A stretch of DNA of 64,000 bases from Neoechinorhynchus agilis (taxonomy: Eukaryota; Animalia; Acanthocephala): positions 6,976,389 to 7,040,388 of the forward strand of contig CM121343.1 of NCBI GenBank assembly GCA_051530055.1, read 5' to 3'. The notes under the pieces are model-generated. The model saw only the letters and a list, made by a program, of their open reading frames with translations, was not told the origin of the DNA and searched no databases. Position 1 is the first letter of the stretch. Each line of letters starts with the position of its first letter. Shown piece after piece: positions 25,285 through 38,500 of this stretch. Position numbers and translations under genes: made by a program.

Positions 25285-27994
25285 CTTTGATTTTTTAGAA
25301 GTTTGTACTCCTTTTTTTCAAGTCAATCAGATTTCTTTGGCTTTGTAAACTCCCCGGATCTAAATTCAATGAACTTTTCCCTTTTCTTCTTTTCTAATGT
25401 TGTTTCTATGTCTTATTTGAAAATCGGAGAAAGTTTTTGAGAATATTCCGCCTTTTCACTTTGAATTGCTCCATAAATCGCTGATATATTTCCGCAAGCT
25501 CCCGCTCTTAGTGGCAACCCATTTGCTTTTCTTTGATTTTTAGAAGTTTGCACCCTTTTTTTCAAGTCAATCAGATTTCTTTGGCTTTGTAAACTCCCCG
25601 GATCTAAATTCAATGAACTTTTCCCTTTTCTTTTAATGTTGTTCTGTCTTATTTGAAAATCGGAGTTTTGAGAATATTCCGCCTTCCCATTGAATTGCTC
25701 ATAAATCGCTGATATATTTCAAGCTCCCGCTCTTAGTGGACCATTTGTTTTCTTTGATTTTTAGAAGTTTGCCTCTTTTTTCAAATGAACCAGATTTCTG
25801 TACTTTGTAAATCCCCGATCTAAATTCAATGAACTTTTCCCTTTTCTTCTTTTCTAATGTTGTTTCTATGTCTTATTTGAAAATCGGAGAAAGTTTTTGA
25901 GAATATTCCGCCTTTCCACTTTGAATTGCTCCATAAATCGCTGATATATTTCCGCAAGCTCCCGCTCTTAGTGGCGACCCATTTGCTTTTCTTTGATTTT
26001 TAGAAGTTTGCACTCCTTTTTTCAAATGAACCAGATTTCTGTACTTTGTAAACTCCCCGGATCTAAATTCAATGAACTTTTCCCTTTTCTTCTTTTCTAA
26101 TGTTGTTTCTATGTCTTATTTGAAAATCGGAGAAAGTTTTTGAGAATATTCCGCCTTTCCCCATTGAATTGCTCCATAAATCGCTGATATATTTCCGCAA
26201 GCTCCCGCTCTTAGTGGCGACCCATTTGCTTTTCTTTGATTTTTAGAAGTTTGCACTCCTTTTTTTCAAATGAACCAGATTTCTGTACTTTGTAAACTCC
26301 CCGGATCTAAATTCAATGAACTTTCCCCTTTTCTTCTTTTCTAATGTTGTTTCTATGTCTTATTTGAAAATCGGAGAAAGTTTTTGAGAATATTCCGCCT
26401 TTTCCCCATTGAATTGCTCTATAAATCGCTGATATATTTTCTCAAGCTCCCGCTCTTAGTGCTGATCCATTTGGTTTTCTTTGATTTTTAGAAGTTTGCT
26501 CTCTTTTTTTCAAATGAACCAGATTTCTGTACTTTGTAAACTCCCCGGATCTAAATTCAATGAACTTTCCCCTTTTCTTTTCTAATGTTGTTTCTATGTC
26601 TTATATGTAAATCGGAGAAATTTTTTGAGAATATTCCGCCTTTTCCCCATTGAATTGCTCTATAAATCGCTGATATATTTTCTCAAGCTCCCGCTCTTAG
26701 TGCTGATCCATTTGGTTTTCTTTGATTTTTAGAAGTTTGCACTTTTTTTTCAAATGAACCAGATTTCTGTACTTTGTAAACTCCCCGGATCTAAATTCAA
26801 TGAACTTTCCCCTTTTCTTTTCTAATGTTGTTTCTATGTCTTATTTGAAAATCGGAGAAAGTTTTTGAGAATATTCCGCCTTTTCCCCATTGAATTGCTC
26901 TATAAATCGCTGATATATTTTCTCAAGCTCCCGCTCTTAGTGCTGATCCATTTGCTTTTCTTTGATTTTTAGAAGTTTGCACTCCTTTTTTTCAAATGAA
27001 CCAGATTTCTGTACTTTGTAAACTCCCCGGATCTAAATTCAATGAACTTTCCCCTTTCTTCTTTTCTAATGTTGTTTCTATGTCTTATTTGAAAATCGGA
27101 GAAAGTTTTTGAGAATATTCCGCCTTTTCCCCATTGAATTGCTCTATAAATCGCTGATATATTTTCTCAAGCTCCCGCTCTTAGTGCTGATCCATTTGGT
27201 TTTCTTTGATTTTTAGAAGTTTGCTCTCTTTTTTTCAAATGAACCAGATTTCTGTACTTTGTAAATTCCCCGGATCTAAATTCAATGAACTTTCCCCTTT
27301 TCTTTTCTAATGTTGTTTCTATGTCTTATATGTAAATCGGAGAAATTTTTTGAGAATATTCCGCCTTTCCCCATTGAATTGCTCTATAAATCGCTGATAT
27401 ATTTTCTCAAGCTCCCGCTCTTAGTGCTGATCCATTTGGTTTTCTTTGATTTTTAGAAGTTTGCTCTCTTTTTTTCAAATGAACCAGATTTCTGTACTTT
27501 GTAAATTCCCCGGATCTAAATTCAATGAACTGTTCCCCTTTCTTCTTTTCTAATGTTGTTTCTATGTCTTATATGTAAATCGGAGAAATTTTTTGAGAAT
27601 ATTCCGCCTTTTCCCCATTGAATTGCTCTATAAATCGCTGATATATTTTCTCAAGCTCCCGCTCTTAGTGCTGATCCATTTGGTTTTCTTTGATTTTTAG
27701 AAGTTTGCACTCTTTTTTTTCAAATGAACCAGATTTCTGTACTTTGTAAACTCCCCGGATCTAAATTCAATGAACTTTCCCCTTTTCTTTTCTAATGTTG
27801 TTTCTATGTCTTATATGTAAATCGGAGAAATTTTTTGAGAATATTCCGCCTTTTCCCCATTGAATTGCTCTATAAATCGCTGATATATTTTCTCAAGCTC
27901 CCGCTCGCAGTGGTGATCCATTTGGTTTTCTTTGATTTTTAGAAGTTTGCACTCCTTTTTTTCAAATGAACCAGATTTCTGTATCTTTGTAAAC
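25285..27994. repeat. Satellite B: about 11 copies of a 240-244 bp monomer
   Basis: Marker GGATCTAAATTC at 25356, 25600, 26059, 26303, 26547, 26787 and onward. Confidence 0.97.
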
Positions 27995-28607
27995 GTTCAG
28001 GATTTCGATTCCTCGAAGACGAGAGTGCTAAGTACGAGTCTCGAAGATTCGGCTACTGAGTTAACTTGATAGACGGGTGATTTCTAACTAATTGCTGGTG
28101 AATGAGAGCGTTCCTAAATTTTAATTGAAAATTAGGACCACAAAAAGGGGGAAATCCGCTTCTTTGTTGTCGTGCTAATAAACGCCTTTGAAAATGCCGG
28201 AAATGCGCTTTATGCTCTACAAGGTTTGTATAAACAAGTTTCATAAAAAAGATCGGAATTCCTAATCCTACATTACTATTGATGGTGTCGCCCTTCTTAT
28301 TATCAATTTCTTGGTTATCCTAACGTAATAGTATCTTGAACATTGCTTCTTCTATGAAATTCTTTGTTGTTTTAGATGTTTGAAGGACTAAGTTAACCGA
28401 AAAAAGCTACTTCTATTTGCGAATTTTAAAATTTGTTTTATGAACATTGGTTATACGCAAGTTTTACTTGTGTGACGAAATTCGATGCTTTTCACTTGGG
28501 TTGTTTATGTCTTTAAAGTAAACATAAGCTTTTTCGTTCAATCGCTCGCTTAAAATCCATTTATTTTTCACTCACTTAAAAAGCAAATCTTAAAAAATGT
28601 ACGATGA

Positions 28608-29192
28608 TTAGGCTTTGGTGACACTATTGACCTTAAGTAATTCCGAACCGATTGATACCGCGGCAGTTGACTTCGCCACTCGTATAAGGTTCCTTCTATG
28701 CACCAACAAAACTGCGATGCCCACCAGCAACATGAAAAACGCAGCTCCAATTATTGTAATCAATGCAAGTTTGAAAATAAGGTCACGTACTTTTATTCTG
28801 AAAATGATTGAATGAGATTTGGGCGATTGAATTTTACTTTGATGAATGTAACCGATTTGATTGAGCAAAACATTCAAGTTCAGCTTTTCAGCGTAATCTA
28901 ATAGTTCATGTGCCGTTTTACGCACGAAGCTCATTTTCGAAAGTGGTTCTTGAGTGTCCTTTTTTACAACAATGGACTCGCTGTTTCTAGCCTCCTCCAT
29001 CGCACTCACGTTCACATGAGTGATTATGAGTTCCATATTATCGAAAATGCCACTCGCGTTCATTCCCAACAGTAGAGCTGCTGTGACGGCAAGCACGCAG
29101 AATTTGACGATACATTCATCGACAGCGGACGACATGGTATCCCTGACTCTAGCGATCCTGTATAGTTTTTTGTGATGAGTAGTGCTGAGCAT
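28608..29192 (-). CDS. Uncharacterised single-exon type-I membrane protein (signal peptide, ectodomain, TM helix, short basic tail)
   Basis: 194 aa ORF. Hydrophobic IVKFCVLAVTAALLLGMNA; sequons NAS and NVS; second hydrophobic run LIFKLALITIIGAAFFMLLVGIAVLLV followed by HRR. Confidence 0.7.
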   Translation of the reverse strand: MLSTTHHKKLYRIARVRDTMSSAVDECIVKFCVLAVTAALLLGMNASGIFDNMELIITHVNVSAMEEARNSESIVVKKDTQEPLSKMSFVRKTAHELLDYAEKLNLNVLLNQIGYIHQSKIQSPKSHSIIFRIKVRDLIFKLALITIIGAAFFMLLVGIAVLLVHRRNLIRVAKSTAAVSIGSELLKVNSVTKA

Positions 29193-29282
29193 GACGGCAG
29201 ATCGATGATATGTTCAAGGAAGACAAGAACGACGATGGCTGGTTACTACAATTAGAAACGAAAACTGCTCTAAATGTACCTT

Positions 29283-29296
29283 GTTGCCATAGTAAC
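29283..29296. promoter_or_regulatory. RFX X-box with an overlapping CCAAT, 91-104 bp upstream of the membrane-protein ATG
   Basis: GTTGCCATAGTAAC fits the GTNRCC-N2-RGYAAC consensus; CCAAT at 29296-29300. Confidence 0.65.
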
Positions 29297-29851
29297 CAAT
29301 CGAAATTATCTAAAGTGCTTCCTTTTTTGGCTTTTTAATACGCGAGCTACAAAGGCGACGGTCGATTTGTTCATTTATAACCAAACCCAGAACAAATGAA
29401 AGCCGATCATCAAACTTTACATACAGTTTATATCGCTGAACAACGTTTGAAACCCAAAAATGTGGAGATTCCTAATCGACTTTAATCTCATGTTTTCGTG
29501 AAGAGTACGCACTTGGTTTTATTTTACCAGACTTGTTATAAAATTGAATTCCAATTCAAAATGTCGCCGTTAATTGTAAACCTACTCCATGGTGTTATAT
29601 ATCCTTATAAGACATTCTTCATAGGGCAGGAACTTTAGTAAATGCGAGGATCGTTAAACGCTCTCTACATCTCTTCCTCGCCCCTAGGAAATGAACCATG
29701 AAAATGTATTTTGAACTTTAAAATGAGGTCGAGATCTGACTGGGTTAAATGTTTCTCAAAATCAGACTTGCACTTCAATGCGAATAAAAGACTTAATTAT
29801 CTCATGTCATTGGCTGTTGACGATGTAAGCGCAAAAAGACGAAAATTGAGT

Positions 29852-30831
29852 GAATCATTCCGAGACTTTTTGGGGATTAGTAAATTGCTGGGAGTATTGG
29901 GGCGAATGTTTTCTGTCCAATTTCGTGTAACTTATGATCTCTCGCTCATGATGAATTTTTGGCGAAAATAGACGGATCACGAGTAAAATACTCGAATCGA
30001 TGTTTCTATACGGGCTTGGCAGTTCACTGGTTCATTGTATTTACAAAGAATCATTCCGAGACTTTTTGGGGATTAGTAAATTGCTGGGAGTATTGGGGCG
30101 AATGTTTTCTGTCCAATTTCGTGTAACTTATGATCTCTCGCTCATGATGAATTTTTGGCGAAAATAGACGGATCACGAGTAAAATACTCGAATCGATGTT
30201 TCTATACGGGCTTGGCAGTTCACTGGTTCATTGTATTTACAAAGAATCATTCCGAGACTTTTTGGGGATTAGTAAATTGCTGGGAGTATTGGGGCGAATG
30301 TTTTCTGTCCAATTTCGTGTAACTTATGATCTCTCGCTCATGATGAATTTTTGGCGAAAATAGACGGATCACGAGTAAAATACTCGAATCGATGTTTCTA
30401 TACGGGCTTGGCAGTTCACTGGTTCATTGTATTTACAAAGAATCATTCCGAGACTTTTTGGGGATTAGTAAATTGCTGGGAGTATTGGGGCGAATGTTTT
30501 CTGTCCAATTTCGTGTAACTTATGATCTCTCGCTCATGATGAATTTTTGGCGAAAATAGACGGATCACGAGTAAAATACTCGAATCGATGTTTCTATACG
30601 GGCTTGGCAGTTCACTGGTTCATTGTATTTACAAAGAATCATTCCGAGACTTTTTGGGGATTAGTAAATTGCTGGGAGTATTGGGGCGAATGTTTTCTGT
30701 CCAATTTCGTGTAACTTATGATCTCTCGCTCATGATGAATTTTTGGCGAAAATAGACGGATCACGAGTAAAATACTCGAATCGATGTTTCTATACGGGCT
30801 TGGCAGTTCACTGGTTCATTGTATTTACAAA
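29852..30831. repeat. Satellite C: exactly 5 apparently identical 196 bp copies
   Basis: GAATCATTCC at 29852, 30048, 30244, 30440, 30636; ends at 30831. Confidence 0.98.
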
Positions 30832-30901
30832 TGGATTTCCATTCGTTAACGTGTCGTTCATTCTGTAACAACGATCATCTATGGTTGTTGTTGTTGTTGT
30901 T

Positions 30902-32047
30902 TTATACGCACGTGCGGTAGATCATTTGTGCGAATTCGTAGAAATCGATGAGTCCATCATGGTTTGTATCGGCTACATTGATCATTTCATCGATTTCTTG
31001 AGTATCTAATTCAAATCCTAATAACCTCATTCTTCTTTTTATTTCGTCATGACGAATATATCCATCTTTGTTGATATCGAAAGCCTTGAACATTCGCCAA
31101 ACGAAGTTATTAAGTTCTTCACGGGACTGAAACGCCCTACTCAACACTGTAACTGGAGTCATTCTATTACGGCCAAACGCTCACTAATCCCCCCCCTACT
31201 ATTTTTTGATGGGTGAAAGATGCGGTGATTAATGAGCGAATGTATTACACTCATCACTACATAACCTGTCAAGAACATCTTGACTTGTCTTTATATCGGT
31301 TCTTTTTTCACCGTAACCCATATTTTCGAGAGAGCTCGGCAAAGATTGTATTCCACTCGATTCATCAATACTATTCACTACACTCAGTGGCTCAATGGAT
31401 ATTTTATTCTGGGCTTCAGTTTTAGACTCAAAAAAAGAACATGAACTAACAAACCGTCGAATTATTGGGGGACTACTACGTTCTCCTATTTCACTTAAAT
31501 CGCTTGATCGGTGAGTTAAAATTGGCATCGGCGACTTTTGTGCATACGCATCAGCGCATCCACTAGAACTGGCATCAGCGCTGGTTCGGTCTGAGTTACC
31601 ACTATCAGCTCGATGGTTACGTTTATGTGAACTACTAGTGCTACCAATCAGATCATTGTCGATGTATCTGTTAAATTCATTAAAATCGATAAGTCCATTT
31701 CCATCGGCGTCCACTTTTCTCATTATTCTTCGCGCAACTTGTTTTGATTTACTTATACCCAACTGTCGAATAACTTTACATAGCTCGCCCTGCGAAATGT
31801 ACCCATCTTTATTCGCGTCAAATAAATCGAAAGCCGTTTTCAAATTGGGCATTAAAAACCAGTTTGAATAGAGTCCATTGTCGATCGATTGCTGTACATG
31901 AAGTCGAGCTCCAGCTGCGGCTTCAGAAATGCTCGATACAACGTAGTCTTCATCACAGCGGCACGGAAATGCATCAGATGGACATGTCGTTGTTGTTGTT
32001 GTGGGAAGCCTGTCGATTCTATACATTTTGGGATATTTTAGTCGCAA
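30902..32047 (-). CDS. Calmodulin-like EF-hand protein; probably one 4-EF-hand gene with an 87 nt intron (31250-31164)
   Basis: Canonical loops DANKDGYISQGE and DADGNGLIDFNE (ORF 31229-32047), DINKDGYIRHDE and DTNHDGLIDFYE (ORF 30902-31162). A phase-2 GA|GTGTAA...AATAG|A join keeps frame. The donor is weak, so two separate genes remain possible. Confidence 0.8.
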
Positions 32048-32957
32048 TCACTAAAGTGATTAGTCTATCTGAAATCGATTTCGGTGTTCTAAAAACGGTT
32101 AGAAAGACTGAATATTTTTCGGCGGCGAAAAAGGAAAGCAGTGAATTTTAAAAATACTCACCACTCACAAAGCATGCCAAGAACGTGACTATATCTAAAA
32201 AATGATTCAGTGGTTGGCAATGAGCAGACTAATATATATTTATACGCACTTGTCAGCGAGTACGAAGCATGCTTGTGCGATTACTGGAATGCTGCTACAC
32301 CACTCCTCAGTTAGAAATGCGGGTTTAGATAAATCACATTAATGCTATACCGGGTCTCCAGCAAAAAAATCATTATAAAACGAGCAAATCTGTAAGATCT
32401 TAATTGCCCAAGCCAGCGAAATGACTTAATCCGTTCCTTTTGAAAATCCGCAGTGAGTGAGACTCAAATGCTCAAACGCAGGATGTATGAGTGTGTTTGG
32501 TAGTGTTAAACGTTTCGGTATTCATTTTCTATGCAGTAGCGTTTCTTTTCACTCTATTTCTCATACTCATGCATTTGGGAAGAGCCGATGATTCTCTATG
32601 AAACGGTAACAGTGATGAGGTAAGAGGAACTATGCCCCGAGGGAATAGATTTGCTCTTATCGAAGTTTTGTCAAAACAATCACACACATATCTTTTAAAC
32701 GCTCCTTTAGACTATCTGTCCTAAGATGGCTTACGTTCCTACTCTATGAGTCCGCTTCCGTGTATGAATGACAAATGTGTAAAAGTGAATCATCCTTGGG
32801 AAACCCTTAGCTTACGCTTCCGTGCTCATTCCACAAACGACCATCGTTCGTGCAAAAATCCATCGAAAAACCCTTTAATCCTCACTCCTTCACGCATGCT
32901 TTCGTCCAAAGAAAATGTCACGGGTAGAGAGAAAAACATAGCATTTTAGTTAGCAAG

Positions 32958-34606
32958 AGTAATGATCTATTCTAGAAATGCCATTCGGCATTAACCTTCT
33001 AGAAACTGAAGATCGTGCACAATCAACCAAATCCTAAAATTATATATAACCGAACGCATTCAAATGAGATTTCAGTGGTTGCATTATGCCCAAATCTACC
33101 AAAGATTAAAAGACTGGAGATAATCCATTGAAAGGAAATCGAAGAACAGATCTGAGTGTTGACCAGTAATGATCTATTCTAGAAATGCCATTCGGCATTA
33201 ACCTTCTAGAAACTGAAGATCGTGCACAATCAACCAAATCCTAAAATTATATATAACCGAACGCATTCAAATGAGATTTCAGTGGTTGCATTATGCCCAA
33301 ATCTACCAAAGATTAAAAGACTGGAGATAATCCATTGAAAGGAAATCGAAGAACAGATCTGAGTGTTGACCAGTAATGATCTATTCTAGAAATGCCATTC
33401 GGCATTAACCTTCTAGAAACTGAAGATCGTGCACAATCAACCAAATCCTAAAATTATATATAACCGAACGCATTCAAATGAGATTTCAGTGGTTGCATTA
33501 TGCCCCAAATCTACCAAAGATTAGAAGACTAGAGATAATCCATTGAAAGGAAATCGAAGAACAGATCTGAGTGTTGACCAGTAATGATCTATTCTAGAAA
33601 TGCCATTCGGCATTAACCTTCTAGAAACTGAAGATCGTGCACAATCAACCAAATCCTAAAATTATATATAACCGAACGCATTCAAATGAGATTTCAGTGG
33701 TTGCATTATGCCCCAAATCTACCAAAGATTAAAAGACTAGAGATAATCCATTGAAAGGAAATCGAAGAACAGATCTGAGTGTTGACCAGTAATGATCATT
33801 CTAGAAATGCCATTCGGCATTAACCTTCTAGAAACTGAAGATCGTGCACAATCAACCAAATCCTAAAATTATATATAACCGAACGCATTCAAATGAGATT
33901 TCAGTGGTTGCATTATGCCCCAAATCTACCAAAGATTAAAAGACTGGAGATAATCCATTGAAAGGAAATCGAAGAACAGATCTGAGTGTTGACCAGTAAT
34001 GATCTATTCTAGAAATGCCATTCGGGATTAACCTTCTAGAAACTGAAGATCGTGCACAATCAACCAAATCCTAAAATTATATATAACCGAACGCATTCAA
34101 ATGAGATTTCAGTGGTTGCATTATGCCCCAAATCTACCAAAGATTAGAAGACTGGAGATAATCCATTGAAAGGAAATCGAAGAACAGATCTGAGTGTTGA
34201 CCAGTAATGATCTATTCTAGAAATGCCATTCGGCATTAACCTTCTAGAAACTGAAGATCGTGCACAATCAACCAAATCCTAAAATTATATATAACCGAAC
34301 GCATTCAAATGAGATTTCAGTGGTTGCATTATGCCCCAAATCTACCAAAGATTAGAAGACTAGAGATAATCCATTGAAAGGAAATCGAAGAACAGATCTG
34401 AGTGTTGACCAGTAATGATCTATTCTAGAAATGCCATTCGGCATTAACCTTCTAGAAACTGAAGATCGTGCACAATCAACCAAATCCTAAAATTATATAT
34501 AACCGAACGCATTCAAATGAGATTTCAGTGGTTGCATTATGCCCCAAATCTACCAAAGATTAGAAGACTAGAGATAATCCATTGAAAGGAAATCGAAGAA
34601 CAGATC
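32958..34606. repeat. Satellite D: 8 near-identical 207-208 bp copies
   Basis: AGTAATGATC at 32958, 33165, 33372, 33580, 33788, 33995, 34203, 34411. Confidence 0.98.
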
Positions 34607-35073
34607 ATTGAAGATGGAAATGAGATCAGAAACTCCTTTCCTATGGCAACAAAGAGTGATAGCTCATCAACGAATATAAACCCTACAAACGTACACGGAC
34701 CGCAATCACTGATCAGATTATGAAATAAAAATTGAGGAAAAAAGAGATTTTCTTTACCGCGAAGTAACGAGCGTCTATCGGAGGAGGATCCCTCGATCAC
34801 GTAAAATGCCGAAAGGTGCCATTTTTGAGCTTAAAATCGACAGGTGGATAAAAGAGATAAAATGTGAAAATTGAAGCAATGGAAGCTTAAAAAAGCAGAA
34901 TAGAAATTTTAACGAAGCTTTTTAAAAAAACGGATAATCTTTTCTTGGTATTTTTCGTGAAAAATGAGTAAGCCCGAATTCTTCTTGCTCATCATGGGAA
35001 AACCCGGAGAATTTTTAGGAAATCTGACGGAAACAAACTGCAATACGGGTTTCTGAACTTGAAGAAGTCGATA

Positions 35074-35528
35074 TCCAATTTGATGCTTTTCCCGCATGGA
35101 AATTGGTTTTTTTTCCTTATATACAAAACTCCCCGATCAACACATTTCCATTTATTTCTCAAAATCCGAAAGCAGTAGTGTTCCCGTCTATTCCGAAATG
35201 CCTTCTGGCTGATGTGTCATTTCTTAAGTTGATCTTCTAAAAACCTCATCTTGGTCCCTTGAATTGACTATTATTAACGTTTGGTTTTACGAATCCTAAT
35301 AAAGATTATCCTTTACCTTTTAAAAGGACAAAGACGGATTCGGACTAATTTTGTTTCTAAATAGCGACTGCGAACCCTGCGGAAATGTAAATCCACAGAA
35401 GATTACGAAGATCGCACGGGAACACTACTGCTTTCGGATTTTAAGAAATAAATGGAAATGTGTTGATCGGGGAGTCTTGTACATAAGGAAAAAAACCAAT
35501 TTCCATGCGGGAAAAGCATCAAATTGGA
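35074..35528. repeat. ~114 bp inverted repeat pair (35074-35187 / 35416-35528) abutting satellite E
   Basis: TCCAATTTGATGCTTTTCCCGCATGG...GTAGTGTTCCCGT is mirrored by ACGGGAACACTAC...CCATGCGGGAAAAGCATCAAATTGGA. Confidence 0.85.
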
Positions 35529-38500
35529 CTGGTGGAAATAGCTCGCTGGATTGCAATGTTCTGGGTGAAGAAAGCTGCCAATCCTTCTTCTACGTCGTTC
35601 GACCTCGCCCATCAGGTTCAGCGCCGACTATCCAATGGCCCACGAACCTCTGCTCAAAAAGGAACAAAGTTGAAATCTGCTGAAAGCTCTCTATATTTTT
35701 GGCAGTTGAATGCCCGCGATTAAACCTCAGCGCTCATTCTAAGCTCATTTTACCTCAGGGAAATGCGCTTTGCATTGAGGCAAAGATCCTTATTTATTGA
35801 AATCAAAATATAAATCGATTGGCATCTTTACACTGGAGGAAATAGCTCGCTGGATTGCGATATTCTGGGTGAAGAAAGCTGCCAATCCTTCTTCGACATC
35901 GTTCGACCTCGCCCATCAGGTTCAGCGCCGACTATCCAATGGCCCACGAACCTCTGCTCAAAAAGGCACAAAGTTGAAATCTGCTGAAAGCTCTCTATAT
36001 TTTTGGCAGTTGAATGCCTGCGATTAAACCTCAGCGCTCATTCTAAGCTCATTTTACCCTCAGGGAAATGCGCTTTGCATTGAGGCAAAGATCCTTATTT
36101 ATTGAAATCAAAATATAAATCGATTGGCATCTTTACGCTGGTGGAAACAGCTCGCTGGATTGCAATGTTCTGGGTGAAGAAAGCTGCCAATCCTTCTTCG
36201 ACGTCGTTCGACCTCGCCCATCAGGTTCAGCGCCGACTATCCAATGGCCCACGAACCTCTGCTCAAAAAGGAACAAAGTTGAAATCTGCTGAAAGCTCTC
36301 TATATTTTTGGCAGTTGAATGCCGCGATTAAACCTCAGCGCTCATTCTAAGCTCATTTTACCCTCAGGGGAAATGCGCTTTGCATTGAGGCAAAGATCCT
36401 TATTTATTGAAATCAAAATATAAATCGATTGGCATCTTTACACTGGAGGAAATAGCTCGCTGGATTGCGATATTCTGGGTGAAGAAAGCTGCCAATCCTT
36501 CTTCGACGTCGTTCGACCTCGCCCATCAGGTTCGGCGCCGACTATCCAGTGGCCCACGAACCTCTGCTCAAAAAGGAACAAAGTTGAAATCTGCTGAAAG
36601 CTCTCTATATTTTTGGCAGTTGAATGCCCGCGATTAAACCTCAGCTCTCATTCTAAGCTCATTTCCCTCAGGGAAATGCGCTTTGCATTGGGGCAAAGAT
36701 CCTTATTTATTGAAATCAAAATATAAATCGATTGGCATCTTTACGCTGGTGGAAATAGCTCGCTGGATTGCAATATTCTGGGTGAAGAAAGCTGCCTATC
36801 CTTATTCGACGTCGTTCGACCTCGCCCATCAGGTTCAGCGCCGACTATCCAGTGGCCCACGAACCTCTGCTCAAAAAGGAACAAAGTTGAAATCTGCTGA
36901 AAGCTCTCTATATTTTTGGCAGTTGAATGCCCGCGATTAAACCTGAGCGCTCATTCTTAGCTCATTTTACCCTCAGGGAAATGCGCTTTGCATTGAGGCA
37001 AAGATCCTTATTTATTGAAATCAAAATATAAATCGATTGGCATCTTTACACTGGAGGAAATAGCTCGCTGGATTGCGATATTCTGGGTGAAGAAAGCTGC
37101 CAATCCTTCTTCGACGTCGTTCGACCTCGCCCATCAGGTTCGGCGCCGACTATCCAGTGGCCCACGAACCTCTGCTCAAAAAGGAACAAAGCAAATCTGC
37201 TGAAAGCTCTCTATATTCTTGGCAGTTGAATGCCCGCGATTAAACCTCAGCGCTCATTCTAAGCTCATTTTACCCTCAGGGAAATGCGCTTTGCATTGAG
37301 GCAAAGATCCTTATTTATTGAAATCAAAATATAAATCGATTGGCATCTTTACACTGGTGGAAATAGCTCGCTGGATTGCAATGTTCTGGGTGAAGAAAGC
37401 TGCCAATCCTTCTTCGACGTCGTTCGACCTCGCCCATCAGGTTCAGCGCCGACTATCCAATGGCCCACGAACCTCTGCTCAAAAAGGAACAAAGTTGAAA
37501 TCTGCTGAAAGCTCTCTATATTTTTGGCAGTTGAAGGCCCGCGATTAAACCTCAGCGCTCATTCTAAGCTCATTTTACCCTCAGGGAAATCTGCTGTGCA
37601 TTGAGGCAAAGATCCTTATTTATTGAAATCAAAATATAAATCGATTGGCATCTTTACACTGGAGGAAATAGCTCGCTGGATTGCGATATTCTGGGTGAAG
37701 AAAGCTGCCAATCCTTCTTCGACGTCGTTCGACCTCGCCCATCAAGTTCAGCGCCGACTATCCAATGGCCCACGAACCTCTGCTCAAAAAGGAACAAAGT
37801 TGAAATCTGCTGAAAGCTCTCTATATTTTTGGCAGTTGAATGCCCGCGATTAAACCTGAGCGCTCATTCTAAGCTCATTTTACCCTCAGGGAAATGCGCT
37901 TTGCATTGAGGCAAAGATCCTTATTTATTGAAATCAAAATATAAATCGATTGGCATCTTTACACTGGTGGAAATTGCTCGCTGGATTGCGATATTCTGGG
38001 TGAAGAAAGCTGCCAATCCTTCTTCGACGTCGTTCGACCTCGCCCATCAAGTTCAGCGCCGACTATCCAATGGCCCACGAACCTCTGCCCAAAAAGGAAC
38101 AAAGTTGAAATCTGCTGAAAGCTCTCTATATTTTTGGCAGTTGAAGGCCCGCGATTAAACCTCAGCGCTCATTCTAAGCTCATTTTACCCTCAGGGAAAT
38201 GCGCTTTGCATTGGGGCAAAGATCCTTATTTATTGAAATCAAAATATAAATCGATTGGCATCTTTACGCTGGTGGAAATAGCTCCCTGGATTGCAATGTT
38301 CTGGGTGAAGAAAGCTGCCAATCCTTCTTCGACGTCGTTCGGACTCGCCTATCAGGTTCAGCGTCATCCAATGGCCCACGAACCTCTGCTCAAAAAGGCA
38401 CAAAGTTGAAATCTGCTGAAAGCTCTCTATATTTTTGGCAGTTGAAGGCCCGCGATTAAACCTCAGCGCTCATTCTAAGCTCATTTTACCCTCAGGGAAA

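Noticed and set aside
25285-27994. TAA read as Gln (variant genetic code)
   Set aside because: Conserved genes here use CAA/CAG for Gln, show no internal TAA/TAG, and are predicted to end in TAA, TAG and TGA.
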